Notes: generated by a model from the letters alone, not told the origin. Shown: positions 29,576 to 40,014, numbered from the stretch's first letter. The stretch is 64,000 nt of DNA from Alkalispirochaeta sp. (GCA_965601925.1 OZ271854.1:3392001-3456000); one strand, 5' to 3'. Numbers and translations are program-made.

Positions 29576-30559
29576 TTATTGAACTGCGTCCACCATGGTA
29601 CGAAGGGCGAGCTGGACCCCGCGCATGTGGGCAAACACGTCGGCCGGTATCGTCTCGGCCTGGAGGGGAGGAGGGGGTACACGCTCCTGTAATTCCAAGA
29701 CGACCTTGATGCGGTGGAGCTCTGCGAGGATCGCAAGAGTCGTGTCGTACACATTGGTCGGTGTGATGGCACCGCCGGGGATCGGTGGGACGTAGAACGG
29801 AGGCATCTGCAGTCGCCGCTGCAGGCGTCCCAGGAGATACATGTTTACGAACGACTCCTGAATAACGTCGCGCGGCACGATCTCGCCGCTACCGGGTCGG
29901 GGATCGAGCGTTACCGCGACGTCCAGTCTGTCGGCTATGAGCGTCACCTCGGCGGCGATCGCCTGCGTGTTCTGCAACACGTACGACGGGCTGATCTCGT
30001 TGGTGAGTGCATCGAATGCGTAGCTCGCCTCCCACAAGGCGCGGTAGACGTCGGAGGGAGTTCGGCCGTCGACGAACACCGGCTCGACGATGCCGTCGTC
30101 GATGCCGAGCGCCGTTTTCAGGATACGTAATTCCGCAAGTATGCCGTCGATGTTGCGATATACGTTTTCGGGCAATACATCGACGAACGGGAGCGGCGGA
30201 ATCCGGATCGGGTCCATACCCATCGCCGTCTGAAAGCGTCCGATCTTGAGACGGAGTTCATTTGCCTTTGAAAAAACGTGTAGCGGTAGGCGGTTTGTCT
30301 GCCGTCCCGGATCGCGCACTTCACCGAGGGCGTCGCGGGCATTACGGATAACGTCGATCTCCGCGCGAACGCGGAGAACGTGTTGGTACACGTCGCTCGG
30401 TGTAATCGCCAGCCCCGAGAAATCGGGAGACGACTGCGCCGACGCCGGGTACGTCGATCCGACGGCCAGGGCGATGACTCCCCACAGTACCGCCGCGCGG
30501 GTGGATCTCCCCCGCCTCGACGGCGAGTCGCCGATGTCTTCTATTAATGGCATATACAT
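29576..30559 (-). CDS. Secreted hypothetical protein with about eight PxxV-helix repeats
   Basis: Hydrophobic leader ending ASA; repeats TPSDVY, LPLHVF, LPENVY, TPSDVY, SPSYVL, VPRDVI, TPTNVY, IPADVF. Confidence 0.75.
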   Translation of the reverse strand: MYMPLIEDIGDSPSRRGRSTRAAVLWGVIALAVGSTYPASAQSSPDFSGLAITPSDVYQHVLRVRAEIDVIRNARDALGEVRDPGRQTNRLPLHVFSKANELRLKIGRFQTAMGMDPIRIPPLPFVDVLPENVYRNIDGILAELRILKTALGIDDGIVEPVFVDGRTPSDVYRALWEASYAFDALTNEISPSYVLQNTQAIAAEVTLIADRLDVAVTLDPRPGSGEIVPRDVIQESFVNMYLLGRLQRRLQMPPFYVPPIPGGAITPTNVYDTTLAILAELHRIKVVLELQERVPPPPLQAETIPADVFAHMRGVQLALRTMVDAVQ

Positions 30560-30712
30560 GTAAGATAAGAATTCATACCCGCGGACTGCAAGGCTTTCGT
30601 GTGAAATGTGACGGCCTCCGGCCGCGCTTCGCTGAACCCGATCGAGGCCGCACCGTCACGAGACTCGGGTTCGGCGCCATTCATCCACCGCGGGACGGCG
30701 GCGCGAAACGGC

Positions 30713-31099
30713 CTACTCGTCCGAGTCGGGACATCCCCGGGGATGGATCAAAATTCGGTCGACGGCTTTGAGGACTCTCGCCGGCTCGAACGGTTTGACC
30801 ACGAAATCGCACGCTCCTTGAGCGAGCGCCTCGAGTACAATACGCTGCTGACCGACGGCACTGACAATGACGACGCGTGGATCCTCGAATTGCTCAACCA
30901 GACGCCTGAGCGCCACGATTCCGTTCGTTTTCGGCATCGAGATATCGAGCGTGACGAAATCAGGCTTGTACTGCGCGTACATCTCGATCGCCTCGTCGCC
31001 GTCACCCGCTTCCGCTACGATCTGGTACCTCGGTTCAAGGATTTCGCGCAGGCGAAGCCGCATTATAGCGGCGTCGTCCACGATAAGACCGCGCGCCAT
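30713..31099 (-). CDS. cheY: CheY-like single-domain response regulator
   Basis: LIVDD, TLDISMP, VSA, VKPF. Confidence 0.85.
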   Translation of the reverse strand: MARGLIVDDAAIMRLRLREILEPRYQIVAEAGDGDEAIEMYAQYKPDFVTLDISMPKTNGIVALRRLVEQFEDPRVVIVSAVGQQRIVLEALAQGACDFVVKPFEPARVLKAVDRILIHPRGCPDSDE

Positions 31100-31101
31100 T
31101 C

Positions 31102-31569
31102 CTACTCCTCTTCGACCAAGGCGATGTTGATCTCGAGCACTCCCATCTCGGACAGCATCCTGAGCGAGACCGTGGGGACGCGCAGAAAATCGAACCAGAT
31201 ATCCGATCCGGTAAACACGGCGGGTGTAGTCAGTTGAATAACCTTGTCCTGCCCCGCCAGTGCGATACTGGCTTGCCCGGTAATGATGTTTGCGATTTCG
31301 CCGACCGCGCTATTGACCAGTTTGCGAAGCTCGCTGGGGAGTTTGTTGGGAATCATCGCGTGGGTGATGTCTTGTGCGAAACTTCGGTCGACCGAATAGA
31401 CGACCTGGCCGCGCATGGAGCCGGTGATGCCGAGGATGATGCATACCGGCAGGCCCGGCAAGGGCGCCTCTTTTCGCATGAGGCTTTGACGAGTGAGTTT
31501 GATGCCGAGCTCTTTCTCGAACACGTATACGGCGCTGCGAATGAAAATATTCGCGTACTCTGCCTTCAT
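31102..31569 (-). CDS. cheX: CheX phosphatase
   Basis: LGITGSMRGQV, SAVGEIANIITG (ExxN), TTP. Confidence 0.9.
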   Translation of the reverse strand: MKAEYANIFIRSAVYVFEKELGIKLTRQSLMRKEAPLPGLPVCIILGITGSMRGQVVYSVDRSFAQDITHAMIPNKLPSELRKLVNSAVGEIANIITGQASIALAGQDKVIQLTTPAVFTGSDIWFDFLRVPTVSLRMLSEMGVLEINIALVEEE

Positions 31570-31575
31570 GGTACG

Positions 31576-33726
31576 CTACGCTCCGATCTCTTCACTCGGT
31601 ATGACGAGCGAAAACTGCGTGCCGCGCCCTTTTCGCGTCGAGAGGCCGATCCGTCCCCCCAAGGCGCGCACCGAATCGCGTACCACCGAAAGCCCGACGC
31701 CGCGTCCGGAGACGGCGGTAACCGCCTCCGCGGTTGAAAATCCCGAGACGAATACCATCTTCATGAGATCCTGCGGTTTCGTCTGATCGTCCATAGTCGT
31801 CATGCCGCGCTCCACGGCGCGCTCCTTTATCTTGTCCATCGGTATTCCGGCGCCGTCGTCCGATATCTCAATGCGAATCGAACCGTCCTCTTTGCTGGCA
31901 GCTACTCGTATCGTGCCCACCGGACTCTTGCCCGCTTTTTCACGATGCCGTGGGAACTCGATTCCGTGATCGACCATATTACGAACGAGGTGCTGCAGCG
32001 CATCCGAGAGTCCGTGGTAGACCACCGGAGAGACGATGATATCGTCCGATTCCACAACGACATTCACCCGTTTTCCGCGTGACGCCGCCAGTTGGTCGGC
32101 AAGATCCGCCGTTCTCGAGAAAAGATCCACGAGGCGGAGTCTCGAAATCGAATCCAAGGCGGTCAGAAGCTTCTCATCATCGGGGTGTTTGGCACGGGCA
32201 TACGTGTAAATGTCCCTGAGTACGCGACCGTCAACCTCCCTGACACCGGAGGCGCGCGTCCAGCTTTCGCCGAGCGCGGCGGTGACATAGGAAAGCTCCT
32301 CGTTATAGGCGCTGCGAAACTGAGCAATCTCCGGACCCAGCGGTTCGGCCTCTCCGAGTATGCCGTATTCGGCGAGCGTCGTTTCGAGGTCGTGCGCCAA
32401 GTGCGCAGTCTTTCGCATACGTAGAAAGCCCGCGTTCGATTTAAAGGTGTGTAGATCGCGCACCAATGCGTCGTGGTCCGCGTCGGTCGCGGTGTACGAT
32501 CCCGACGATACGTGCGATTCCAGCGTACCGAACAGCTCCGTAGCCTCCTCCACGAGATTCAGGAAATAGGGTCGTGCCGTAACGATCCGCAGCACCATTT
32601 CGCGCGTCGCGGTCTGCTCTTCGAGCTCTCTCTGCAGCGTCTCCGTTTCGGTGATGTCTCTGAGCGAGCACATTACCGTAGTCTTATCTACGGAGCGAAA
32701 GTTGAGCTCGACGATCTTCTCGTTGATGGTCACCGTGCGATCCATGACATCGAATACAACCTCGGGTCGGGACGAACCGGAGAAAACCAGTCCCATGGCG
32801 TAGATCAAGTCCTCCCGTTTCTGCGAGTCGTTGAAGAGCGTATCGGCGATGTTTTCACCTACCACCGATCGACCGAAAATCGCCGCGCACTCCCGCGAAA
32901 TCTCGGGGCGAATCGTTAAATCACTCCCGAAGGAGAGAAAACCCTCTCCGGAGAAATCCAGCAAACTCTGGATCGATCGCGTGCGCTCGCGTACCGTCTC
33001 CTCGAGGTTCACATTGGCCGTTCGCAATACGCGGAGACTGGTGAAGATGGCGATCAGCGAGAAGGTCAATAGGAGCAATATCAGAACCGCCGTGACGACA
33101 ACGGTCAGCCGTGTGACGCGATCGGCGGCCGACTGAATATCGTTACCGAACCCTTCGAGCGCCGAGGTTGCGAAGAACCACAGCTGTGCATTCGTCGCAT
33201 CGATCTCGAAGAAGGCGCGTTGGAGGTCGAAAAGCGTCGCGTCGTACTCTTGACCCAACGTCTCCTCGGCGAGGCCCGCGCGTATCTGGGCCAATACGTC
33301 GGAGACGTTCGTCCGGTCTACCGACGGCATCTCGAACTGCATCGACTCGAGCAGGAGGTCGTTTCCCGAGACGAAGCCGTTTGTCGTGATACTCCAGAGA
33401 TTTCTCGTCTGTCGTACTTGCTGGACTACCGTAGGCCCCAACAACGGAAGTCCTTCGTGAAACGAAAGATCGTCGAGCCGTTCGAATGAGTCCTCGAACG
33501 CGTTTCGCCACGTCTCGTGCGCCTCATCGAGTTCGGAGGCGGTATACAGGAGATCGTAGGTCACGTTTGAGAGGCGATACATGCTCTGGAGGGAGAGCTC
33601 GACGTCCAGTCGAAGAGACTGGAGCACTGTCGCGCGAGTGAAGGCAAACACCGTGAGGGCGATACCGATACCCGTTGCGACAAGGGTAAAAATCGTCACA
33701 AGCCGTAAGCGAACCGTATGTGTCAT
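31576..33726 (-). CDS. Membrane-anchored CheA-like histidine kinase (TM-sensor-TM, PAS-like, HPt, HATPase; no CheW/P5 domain)
   Basis: LHTFKSNA, HLVRNMVDHGIE, DDGAG, GFST, SGRGVGL; protein ends right after the HATPase. Confidence 0.88.
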   Translation of the reverse strand: MTHTVRLRLVTIFTLVATGIGIALTVFAFTRATVLQSLRLDVELSLQSMYRLSNVTYDLLYTASELDEAHETWRNAFEDSFERLDDLSFHEGLPLLGPTVVQQVRQTRNLWSITTNGFVSGNDLLLESMQFEMPSVDRTNVSDVLAQIRAGLAEETLGQEYDATLFDLQRAFFEIDATNAQLWFFATSALEGFGNDIQSAADRVTRLTVVVTAVLILLLLTFSLIAIFTSLRVLRTANVNLEETVRERTRSIQSLLDFSGEGFLSFGSDLTIRPEISRECAAIFGRSVVGENIADTLFNDSQKREDLIYAMGLVFSGSSRPEVVFDVMDRTVTINEKIVELNFRSVDKTTVMCSLRDITETETLQRELEEQTATREMVLRIVTARPYFLNLVEEATELFGTLESHVSSGSYTATDADHDALVRDLHTFKSNAGFLRMRKTAHLAHDLETTLAEYGILGEAEPLGPEIAQFRSAYNEELSYVTAALGESWTRASGVREVDGRVLRDIYTYARAKHPDDEKLLTALDSISRLRLVDLFSRTADLADQLAASRGKRVNVVVESDDIIVSPVVYHGLSDALQHLVRNMVDHGIEFPRHREKAGKSPVGTIRVAASKEDGSIRIEISDDGAGIPMDKIKERAVERGMTTMDDQTKPQDLMKMVFVSGFSTAEAVTAVSGRGVGLSVVRDSVRALGGRIGLSTRKGRGTQFSLVIPSEEIGA

Positions 33727-33902
33727 ATCGATCGTATCCTTGACGCTAAGTCATGATATTAGGAGAAGTACTCCCGACGCGCAAGGGACGAAGAGCCGAT
33801 TTTCGGGAATCGAGAGGACCCGTTTGCACCGAGAGCGTCGGCGGCCGACCCGCGCGATTTTCAAACGCGTCATGGTATGTCTCGGTCGGGGTGGGAGGGC
33901 GT

Positions 33903-34763
33903 CTACTCGCCGGTACGGCTCGTCGGGCGACGCTTGGCGCGAAAGTGCTCCGCCAAAGCGATCGGAATCTTCACCGTCTCGCCGACTTCGGTGCGTCGCA
34001 TGGCCTCAATTGCCACGGGGGGTAACGAAAACCAGTATGAAGCCTCGCGCCGGGCGCGCGCCGCGTCGCGGGACTCCAGCGCATCCACGACTTCGAGGAT
34101 CGATGCTTTTTCAAACGCCATATCTACATCGACACCCGCCGGGTCGTCCTTCCAGTGGCGAAGCGAACGAATGGAGCGTAACGCCGGCGAAAGGAGTGCG
34201 AACACCTTATTGTGCGTCGCGGCAAAGATCGTATCGAGATACTCGGCGAGCGACTCGCTGAACTCCCGCGTGACCGGCTCGTCCCCCCCGGCCGATACGA
34301 CCCGCACCGCCGTCGCCGCGTCGCGAGCGTCGCGCTCGGCAACGGTTATGTAGCGCTCGGCGGCGACGCGAATCCGCACGAGATCGTCCTCCGTCGCATT
34401 ACGCGCCGCCATGGCGAGCACTTCGGGCCACACGATGCGCGAGAACTCCTCCACATCCCACGCCGTGGCGCGCTCTCTGCGTAGCGCAAGACGGAGCGAG
34501 TCCGAGAAGGCGGCCATGGGCGAGGTGGTTACAAAGGCCCCGCGTCCGTGTTGTACGTCTACAAGACCCCGAGTAGCGAGGACGCGGGTGGCGTCGCGCA
34601 CGACGCTTCGACTCACCCCGAACAGGTCGGCAAGCTCAGGCTCGGTCGGAATGGGCTCTCCCGCTTTGAATCGTCCGGCGAGAATGTCCTCGGTCAAATT
34701 GTCGGCCAGCTCCTCCGCCATCGTTCTGCGTTGGAGGTGGCGGTGACCCCGTCGCTCGGTCAT
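33903..34763 (-). CDS. GntR/FadR family regulator
   Basis: IPTEPELADLFGVSRSVVRDA...HGRGAFV; FCD-like C-terminus. Confidence 0.9.
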   Translation of the reverse strand: MTERRGHRHLQRRTMAEELADNLTEDILAGRFKAGEPIPTEPELADLFGVSRSVVRDATRVLATRGLVDVQHGRGAFVTTSPMAAFSDSLRLALRRERATAWDVEEFSRIVWPEVLAMAARNATEDDLVRIRVAAERYITVAERDARDAATAVRVVSAGGDEPVTREFSESLAEYLDTIFAATHNKVFALLSPALRSIRSLRHWKDDPAGVDVDMAFEKASILEVVDALESRDAARARREASYWFSLPPVAIEAMRRTEVGETVKIPIALAEHFRAKRRPTSRTGE

Positions 34764-34792
34764 AACGTCAGCATAGCAGGGGGCAAAATACG

Positions 34793-34834
34793 TTGACAAG
34801 ATATTTTCATCATGTCATCATATGACATGATGAA
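34793..34834. promoter_or_regulatory. Probable GntR operator TTCATCATGTCAT-CAT-ATGACATGATGAA with upstream TTGACA
   Basis: Perfect 13 bp arms at 34806-34834 between divergent GntR and MFS genes; TTGACA at 34793. Confidence 0.8.
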
Positions 34835-34894
34835 TCTTTCGTATCACGGATTTACCGTCTCAACGGTTCACGAGCGACGTTTCGAGGGGGGTGT

Positions 34895-36172
34895 ATGACC
34901 GGCGCATATCTTCGTCGCGTTGCGATCGCTCACCAGACGCTGCATTGGTTCATCATCGGGCTCCTGACGCCGGTACTCAGCCTTATCCAAATTGAAAAAG
35001 GGCTTAACCTCGTCGAAATCGGCTTTACCACAACGGTCATGTCGATTGCCGTCGTGCTCTTGGAGGTGCCGACCGGGAGCGTGGCGGATACGATCGGGAG
35101 GAAGCGGACATACGTCCTGTCAACGGGGGTCCAGGGCGTCGGGTTGGTGCTCTTATCGGTAGCGACGGGCCTTCCCGGAGTCGCGGTGGGGCTCATGCTG
35201 TTCGGGATCGCGCGTGCCCTGTCGTCCGGTACCATGGAGGCTCATTTCGTCGACGAGTTTCAACGCCTCGCGCCGGAGGGCGACCTTCACGCCTTTCTGG
35301 CCCGAATCAATATCTTTGTATTGGCGGGCCTCGCCGTCGGCGGTTTGATCGGCGGGTATCTCCCGGAGACGCTCGGTGTCGTTCTCGCACGCGTCGATGT
35401 ATTCGATCGCTTCTCCGGCAACCTCATCGTCGCCGCGCTCATCGCCGCCCTCCAGGCGCTTTTGACCACAATCCTCGTTCGCGAGAGGTCGCCCGTCGCG
35501 GGCGACGAGAGAGGCGCCGCGATGGTCGAGCGCTTCAAGGCGGTATTGGAGACGTCGTTTCGTATCGTGCTTCGCGATCGTCTGGTCTTGGTACTCATGA
35601 TCGGCGCCGCGACGTGGGGAGTCGCATTTGCCGGCCTGGAGACGTTCTGGCAGCCCCACCTCGCCACGCTCGCCGAGGGGAACGGCGCGGAACGGACGAC
35701 GGCGGGCGGTACCGTCGTGTTCGGACTCGTTACCATGGGGTACTTTCTTGCGGGCGCCGTGGGAAGCGCTCTGGCGGTCGGGTTTTCTCGAGTGTTCCGC
35801 GGACGGTTGGCAAGCGTTGTGGCGGCGCTTCGGGTGGGTTGCGGTGTGCTGTTCGTAGCCCTCTCGCTTCAGCGTGGCGTCGGCTCATTTGCCGTGTTCT
35901 ATCTCACGCTCTTTTGCCTCAACGGCGTCGCCGGTTCTCCGGAGGAAACCTTGTTCAATGAAGCGGTGCCGGGGCGTGTTCGTTCGACACTGCTCTCGTT
36001 TCGCTCGCTCTCTCTCCAACTCGGCGGCGCGGTGGGCGCTCTCGTTCTGGGGTTGGTCGCCGAGTATCGCTCGATCGCCCTGGCGTGGCAGATCGCAGGC
36101 GCGGCGTTCGCCCTTTCCGCACTGTTATTCGTCCGGGCGGCGCGTGGTGAACGAATGTCTGTCTCGTCATGA
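34895..36172 (+). CDS. MFS transporter
   Basis: LEVPTGSVADTIGRK; about 12 hydrophobic segments. Confidence 0.9.
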   Translation: MTGAYLRRVAIAHQTLHWFIIGLLTPVLSLIQIEKGLNLVEIGFTTTVMSIAVVLLEVPTGSVADTIGRKRTYVLSTGVQGVGLVLLSVATGLPGVAVGLMLFGIARALSSGTMEAHFVDEFQRLAPEGDLHAFLARINIFVLAGLAVGGLIGGYLPETLGVVLARVDVFDRFSGNLIVAALIAALQALLTTILVRERSPVAGDERGAAMVERFKAVLETSFRIVLRDRLVLVLMIGAATWGVAFAGLETFWQPHLATLAEGNGAERTTAGGTVVFGLVTMGYFLAGAVGSALAVGFSRVFRGRLASVVAALRVGCGVLFVALSLQRGVGSFAVFYLTLFCLNGVAGSPEETLFNEAVPGRVRSTLLSFRSLSLQLGGAVGALVLGLVAEYRSIALAWQIAGAAFALSALLFVRAARGERMSVSS

Positions 36173-36317
36173 TCCGCCCAAATGTTTGGAGCGAGAGAAG
36201 TGTTGCGCTCCCGACGACAAAAGCGGGCGAGCGTCAAGGCGGTCAGCCAGGACTACTGCGCGACGCGGGCGCGCCGACGACGTCTTCTTTGCAGGACCGT
36301 CGATATCGTCTCGTCGT

Positions 36318-37631
36318 CTATTCCGCGATCAACGCGGTGTGAGAGAACCAGAAGTGTTGTACTCCCGGCGCAGGATCCAATCGTAATCCCTCTCGCGGTC
36401 CATCGACCGCCCTGCCGGCTGCGTTCCATCGACTTCCGGTAGCGCGATCCACTACCTCACCGCCGCGCGCCGACAGTTCTACCGGCTCGCCCTCCGTGGT
36501 CCGGGCGAAGAACACGTTTGCGCTTCCCACATCGTCGCCCTCGGCGATCCGTGCCGTGTCCAGGGCGCTTGCGGTTCCCGCTTCCCATATGGCGGCAAAG
36601 CGTTCCCCGCCGAGGGTGAACTCCACCACCCGTTCTCGACTGAGCACGGGGTAGGCCAGGGCGGTACTCTCTCCATTGTGCTCCAGGGATACGACGCGCT
36701 CCATGAGACTCCATTCACCGTTGATTGAGGGTGAACCGCCGCCGACCGGGGGGCGAAAGAGAAACGGTCGCTCGGCGGAGTCGTATCCGACGTACGGATT
36801 GGAACCGTATGCGCGGTTGAAGCCCGTGTTTCGGGAGAGTACGGCCGCCTCGGGCCACATCTCGGCCGCTTCGTCGAAGGAGAGCATCATGACGGGCACG
36901 AAGCGCAACCGCGTTCCCGCAAAAAAACCCGCTACGGCGTCTCCCGACGCCTGTTGCCACCACGATTCCGTCTGACGGTCGTACATGATTAAATTTGAGA
37001 AACGCAACCGGCCGGTCGTACCGAAATCGAGAACTGCGCCGTGATGGCGCCGATCGAAGGCGATGCCGGTGTTGCACAGCGGGCAGTAGGTAACCGTAAC
37101 CGGCACGCCGCCCACCACGTCGTTAACGATCTCGTGCCACGTGAGAACCTGCAAAGGGTAGATGTGAGCGGCCGCCTCGTCGTGCAACGGGTCGTCTTCT
37201 CCGTCCCTTCTGGCGACGACCGCCGACTCGATGACCAGGACCGGTTCGCGACGGTGTACCCACTCGCGCGCCGCCTCGACGGAGACGAACTGCGGATCGT
37301 CGATGGCCGGAATACCGTCCTTGGGCGGGCCGCCGGAGAGTACATCCGCAAAGGATATGGTCGACCGGGAAAAGTCGGTAGAGAACTCGTTGCCGGCGCG
37401 ACCGGGCACACCCTGATCGAGAAACTCCTCGGGAAGATCCATCCGTGCGACCGGCGGAGACGTCGGTAAGGCGCCGGGTGCGACGACCGATACATCGTCG
37501 CGACCGGCCGACGGCTCCGGTGCCTCGGCGCTTCCGACGGCGATCACGGATACCGGGTAGACCGCGGCCGCGGCGAGCACGAGTGCGATCCTGAAGGGTA
37601 AAGTGCGCGGCACCGTTCGGTTGCATCCCAT
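36318..37631 (-). CDS. DUF3179 family exported protein (CxxC)
   Basis: GGPPKDGIPAIDDP, WHEIVND, TYCPLCNTG, SNLIMYDRQTESWWQQ; GAAAGGAG RBS before ATG 37631. Confidence 0.85.
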   Translation of the reverse strand: MGCNRTVPRTLPFRIALVLAAAAVYPVSVIAVGSAEAPEPSAGRDDVSVVAPGALPTSPPVARMDLPEEFLDQGVPGRAGNEFSTDFSRSTISFADVLSGGPPKDGIPAIDDPQFVSVEAAREWVHRREPVLVIESAVVARRDGEDDPLHDEAAAHIYPLQVLTWHEIVNDVVGGVPVTVTYCPLCNTGIAFDRRHHGAVLDFGTTGRLRFSNLIMYDRQTESWWQQASGDAVAGFFAGTRLRFVPVMMLSFDEAAEMWPEAAVLSRNTGFNRAYGSNPYVGYDSAERPFLFRPPVGGGSPSINGEWSLMERVVSLEHNGESTALAYPVLSRERVVEFTLGGERFAAIWEAGTASALDTARIAEGDDVGSANVFFARTTEGEPVELSARGGEVVDRATGSRWNAAGRAVDGPREGLRLDPAPGVQHFWFSHTALIAE

Positions 37632-37741
37632 AGTGGCGCTCCTTTCACGCGCGATAAACCATGCATGTATATAAAAATATCGCGCCCTCTCTATGAAACG
37701 TCGAGTGAGGAGCCCTGCATCGGCGCGAAGTTCCGCGCGAT

Positions 37742-38590
37742 CTACCCGAGAGACATCAGCGCCACTCCGACCAGCGCCATGACGATTCCCATACTGCGAA
37801 CGGCGCCGACTCGCTCGCCGAAGAAGACGCGCGAAAGAAAGACCGTTTGGGCCGGCGCCGCCGAGGCGACGACCGTGACGATGGCGAGAAGCCCGTGACG
37901 CAGTGCCAGGACGAATGCGATGTTGGCCGCCATATCCAACGCCCCGGCGGTCAGCACGGCGGGATAGTGTGAGCGGATACGTCGGCGGCGGCGCGACACG
38001 ACGATCAAGAGCGCCATCGCAACGACCGAGGAGAGGCGCGCCGTCGCGAGGGGCCATACGCCGGATTGCTCGGCGGGTAAACTGATACAGATAAAAAAGA
38101 GGCCGAACATACCGCCGGCCAGAGCCCCGTCGGACCACGATTCGAATGTGCGCTTGCGATCGCGCGGCCCATGCATTCCATTGTTATGCCACGACATAAG
38201 GACGATCGCCGGGAGGCTCACGACGATCCCGAGACCCGCCGTCCATGTGAAACGTTCTCCGCCGATAAGACCGAACAATACCGGCACGACCGCTCCCAGC
38301 AGCGCCGCCAAGGGTGAGACGATCGAGACGTATCCGCGCGCGAGCCCGCGGTAGAGGAATGCGAGGCCGACCATGCCGGACAGTCCGGCCGCCGCGCCCC
38401 ACGCAAGATCGCGTGGTCCGGGAAAGGTCGATCGACCGTCGAGGACGGCAAAAATGAGTACGACTGCCAACCCGACGATCTGCGAATGGAGCATGACCGC
38501 AGGAACGGCATTCCTGCGGCTGGCGAGTCCGCCGGCGAAGTCGGCGGTTCCGAAGAACACGGCTGAAAGGGCTGCTAAAACGACGGCCAT
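37742..38590 (-). CDS. DMT/EamA family transporter
   Basis: FGTADFAGG, LYRGLARG..SIVSP, FFGERV; about 10 TMs. Confidence 0.88.
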   Translation of the reverse strand: MAVVLAALSAVFFGTADFAGGLASRRNAVPAVMLHSQIVGLAVVLIFAVLDGRSTFPGPRDLAWGAAAGLSGMVGLAFLYRGLARGYVSIVSPLAALLGAVVPVLFGLIGGERFTWTAGLGIVVSLPAIVLMSWHNNGMHGPRDRKRTFESWSDGALAGGMFGLFFICISLPAEQSGVWPLATARLSSVVAMALLIVVSRRRRRIRSHYPAVLTAGALDMAANIAFVLALRHGLLAIVTVVASAAPAQTVFLSRVFFGERVGAVRSMGIVMALVGVALMSLG

Positions 38591-38823
38591 GGCCGGAATA
38601 TAGCCCTTGGCTGGCGGTTCGGCGAGGCGAGGAGGTTTCGAACGGTGAGCAAAACGGTAGCGCGACATGAGGCGGCACCGGCTCGGAGGATTCCTGCCGT
38701 GCCGATCCTCCTCCGAGCGCACCTTCCGAGGAACGAGTCGGTAAGCCCCCGGCGACAGGATGATCGGAAAGAGCGGCCGGCGCCGATTTACATGCGCGGA
38801 GACGACGCCTATACTCGCCTATC

Positions 38824-39315
38824 GTGAGTAGCAACGCGCGCAAAGTCACCAATCCGTATGTCGGTCATGAGGGGTATCACTGCTTCGGCTGCGATCCCGA
38901 CAATCGGTCGGGACTTCGTCTGGAGTTTGTCGTGGAGGGGGCGGTGTTGAAGAGCACTTGGGAGCCCAGGGCGGAGTTGGAAGGGTATCCCGGGGTGATT
39001 CACGGCGGTATTCAGGCGACTCTTGCCGACGAGATCGGCGGGTGGTACCTCCACGCGGTGCGCGGTCAGGCCGGCATGACCAAAGACTTGCAGATCACCT
39101 ACCACAAGCCGGCGCTCACCACCGACGGCCCGTTTTTTCTGGAAGCGCGGGAGGTCGAAGAGTCGAGGCGGACGGTGACGGTAGCGGTCGAGCTTCGCGG
39201 GAGGAGCGGCACGGTATTCAGTACCACGCGCTGCGTGTACGTCGTCTTTTCGGATGAGGTGGCGCGCAAACGCCTCAGCTTTCCCGGGAAAGAGGCGTTT
39301 TTACCGTCCGAGTAG
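38824..39315 (+). CDS. PaaI family hot-dog thioesterase
   Basis: CFGCDPDNRSGL, GVIHGGIQATLADE. Confidence 0.88.
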   Translation: MSSNARKVTNPYVGHEGYHCFGCDPDNRSGLRLEFVVEGAVLKSTWEPRAELEGYPGVIHGGIQATLADEIGGWYLHAVRGQAGMTKDLQITYHKPALTTDGPFFLEAREVEESRRTVTVAVELRGRSGTVFSTTRCVYVVFSDEVARKRLSFPGKEAFLPSE

Positions 39316-39351
39316 CGATCCCGCACCGTCGGCCGGACGGGGTTGGGTGCC

Positions 39352-40014
39352 TTACCGCTCGATGGCACTGAACGATGCGCCGAGGGTGCGTACCATGGCC
39401 GAGCGAGCGAGATCGACGACGGGGACGCCGCAGCTATCGATCAGCGCCGAATCGGAGGTCGCGATCATATCCATCGCGAGTCCCTTGAGCGTGTAGTCCG
39501 CAGACCGGGTAACGTGTAATTCGACGGAGCAGCCGCCATCTTCGAGCTCGTCGGCAAGAAAGCGACCGTGCCGGCGACTGTGGGATACCGGCTCATCGAA
39601 GCAGAGTAGGATATGCTTGGGTTGGAGCGCAACGATCTCATCGGCGAGGATCGATATGGCACGCTCGATAAGCTCTCCGTTGCGAACCTTGCCGTGGACG
39701 CCGCCGATATCCCGGAGCAGGCCGTCGTCGGCCTCGAACACGCGAACGCCTCGGAGGTAGTTGGCGATGGTGAGCAAAACGTTGTGCCCGTCCACGCCGA
39801 TCGTTGCATTGCGAGCTACCCTCGGCGAGACCAGACGCCTACGGCGATCGTGTGCACGATCGGTGGTCGTGACGCCGCGAAACAGTATCTGACGCTCGTC
39901 GCGGTCGAGACGATGCCGGTCTCCCACCAGCTTAAGGCTCCCCGATGTCGGATACCCGCGATCGAGAAGCCATCGATACTCCCGTGTCGCCGCGGCAAAT
40001 GTACCTTCGCCCAT
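39352..40014 (-). CDS. DUF434-like protein (PIN/NYN-type acidic motifs)
   Basis: LLDRGYP...LVGDRHRL, VDGHNVL, DGLLRD, ATSDS. Confidence 0.75.
   Translation of the reverse strand: MGEGTFAAATREYRWLLDRGYPTSGSLKLVGDRHRLDRDERQILFRGVTTTDRAHDRRRRLVSPRVARNATIGVDGHNVLLTIANYLRGVRVFEADDGLLRDIGGVHGKVRNGELIERAISILADEIVALQPKHILLCFDEPVSHSRRHGRFLADELEDGGCSVELHVTRSADYTLKGLAMDMIATSDSALIDSCGVPVVDLARSAMVRTLGASFSAIER

Noticed and set aside
36318..38138. 606 aa ORF as listed, and a possible selenoprotein
   Set aside because: The N-terminal extension overlaps the EamA gene; the real start is ATG 37631 with an RBS. Both CxxC codons are TGC, with no in-frame TGA.
39352..40014. Defence or toxin nuclease role for the DUF434-like gene linked to the array
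   Set aside because: It lies downstream of hcp but has no antitoxin or defence neighbours; nothing in the sequence ties it to the array.
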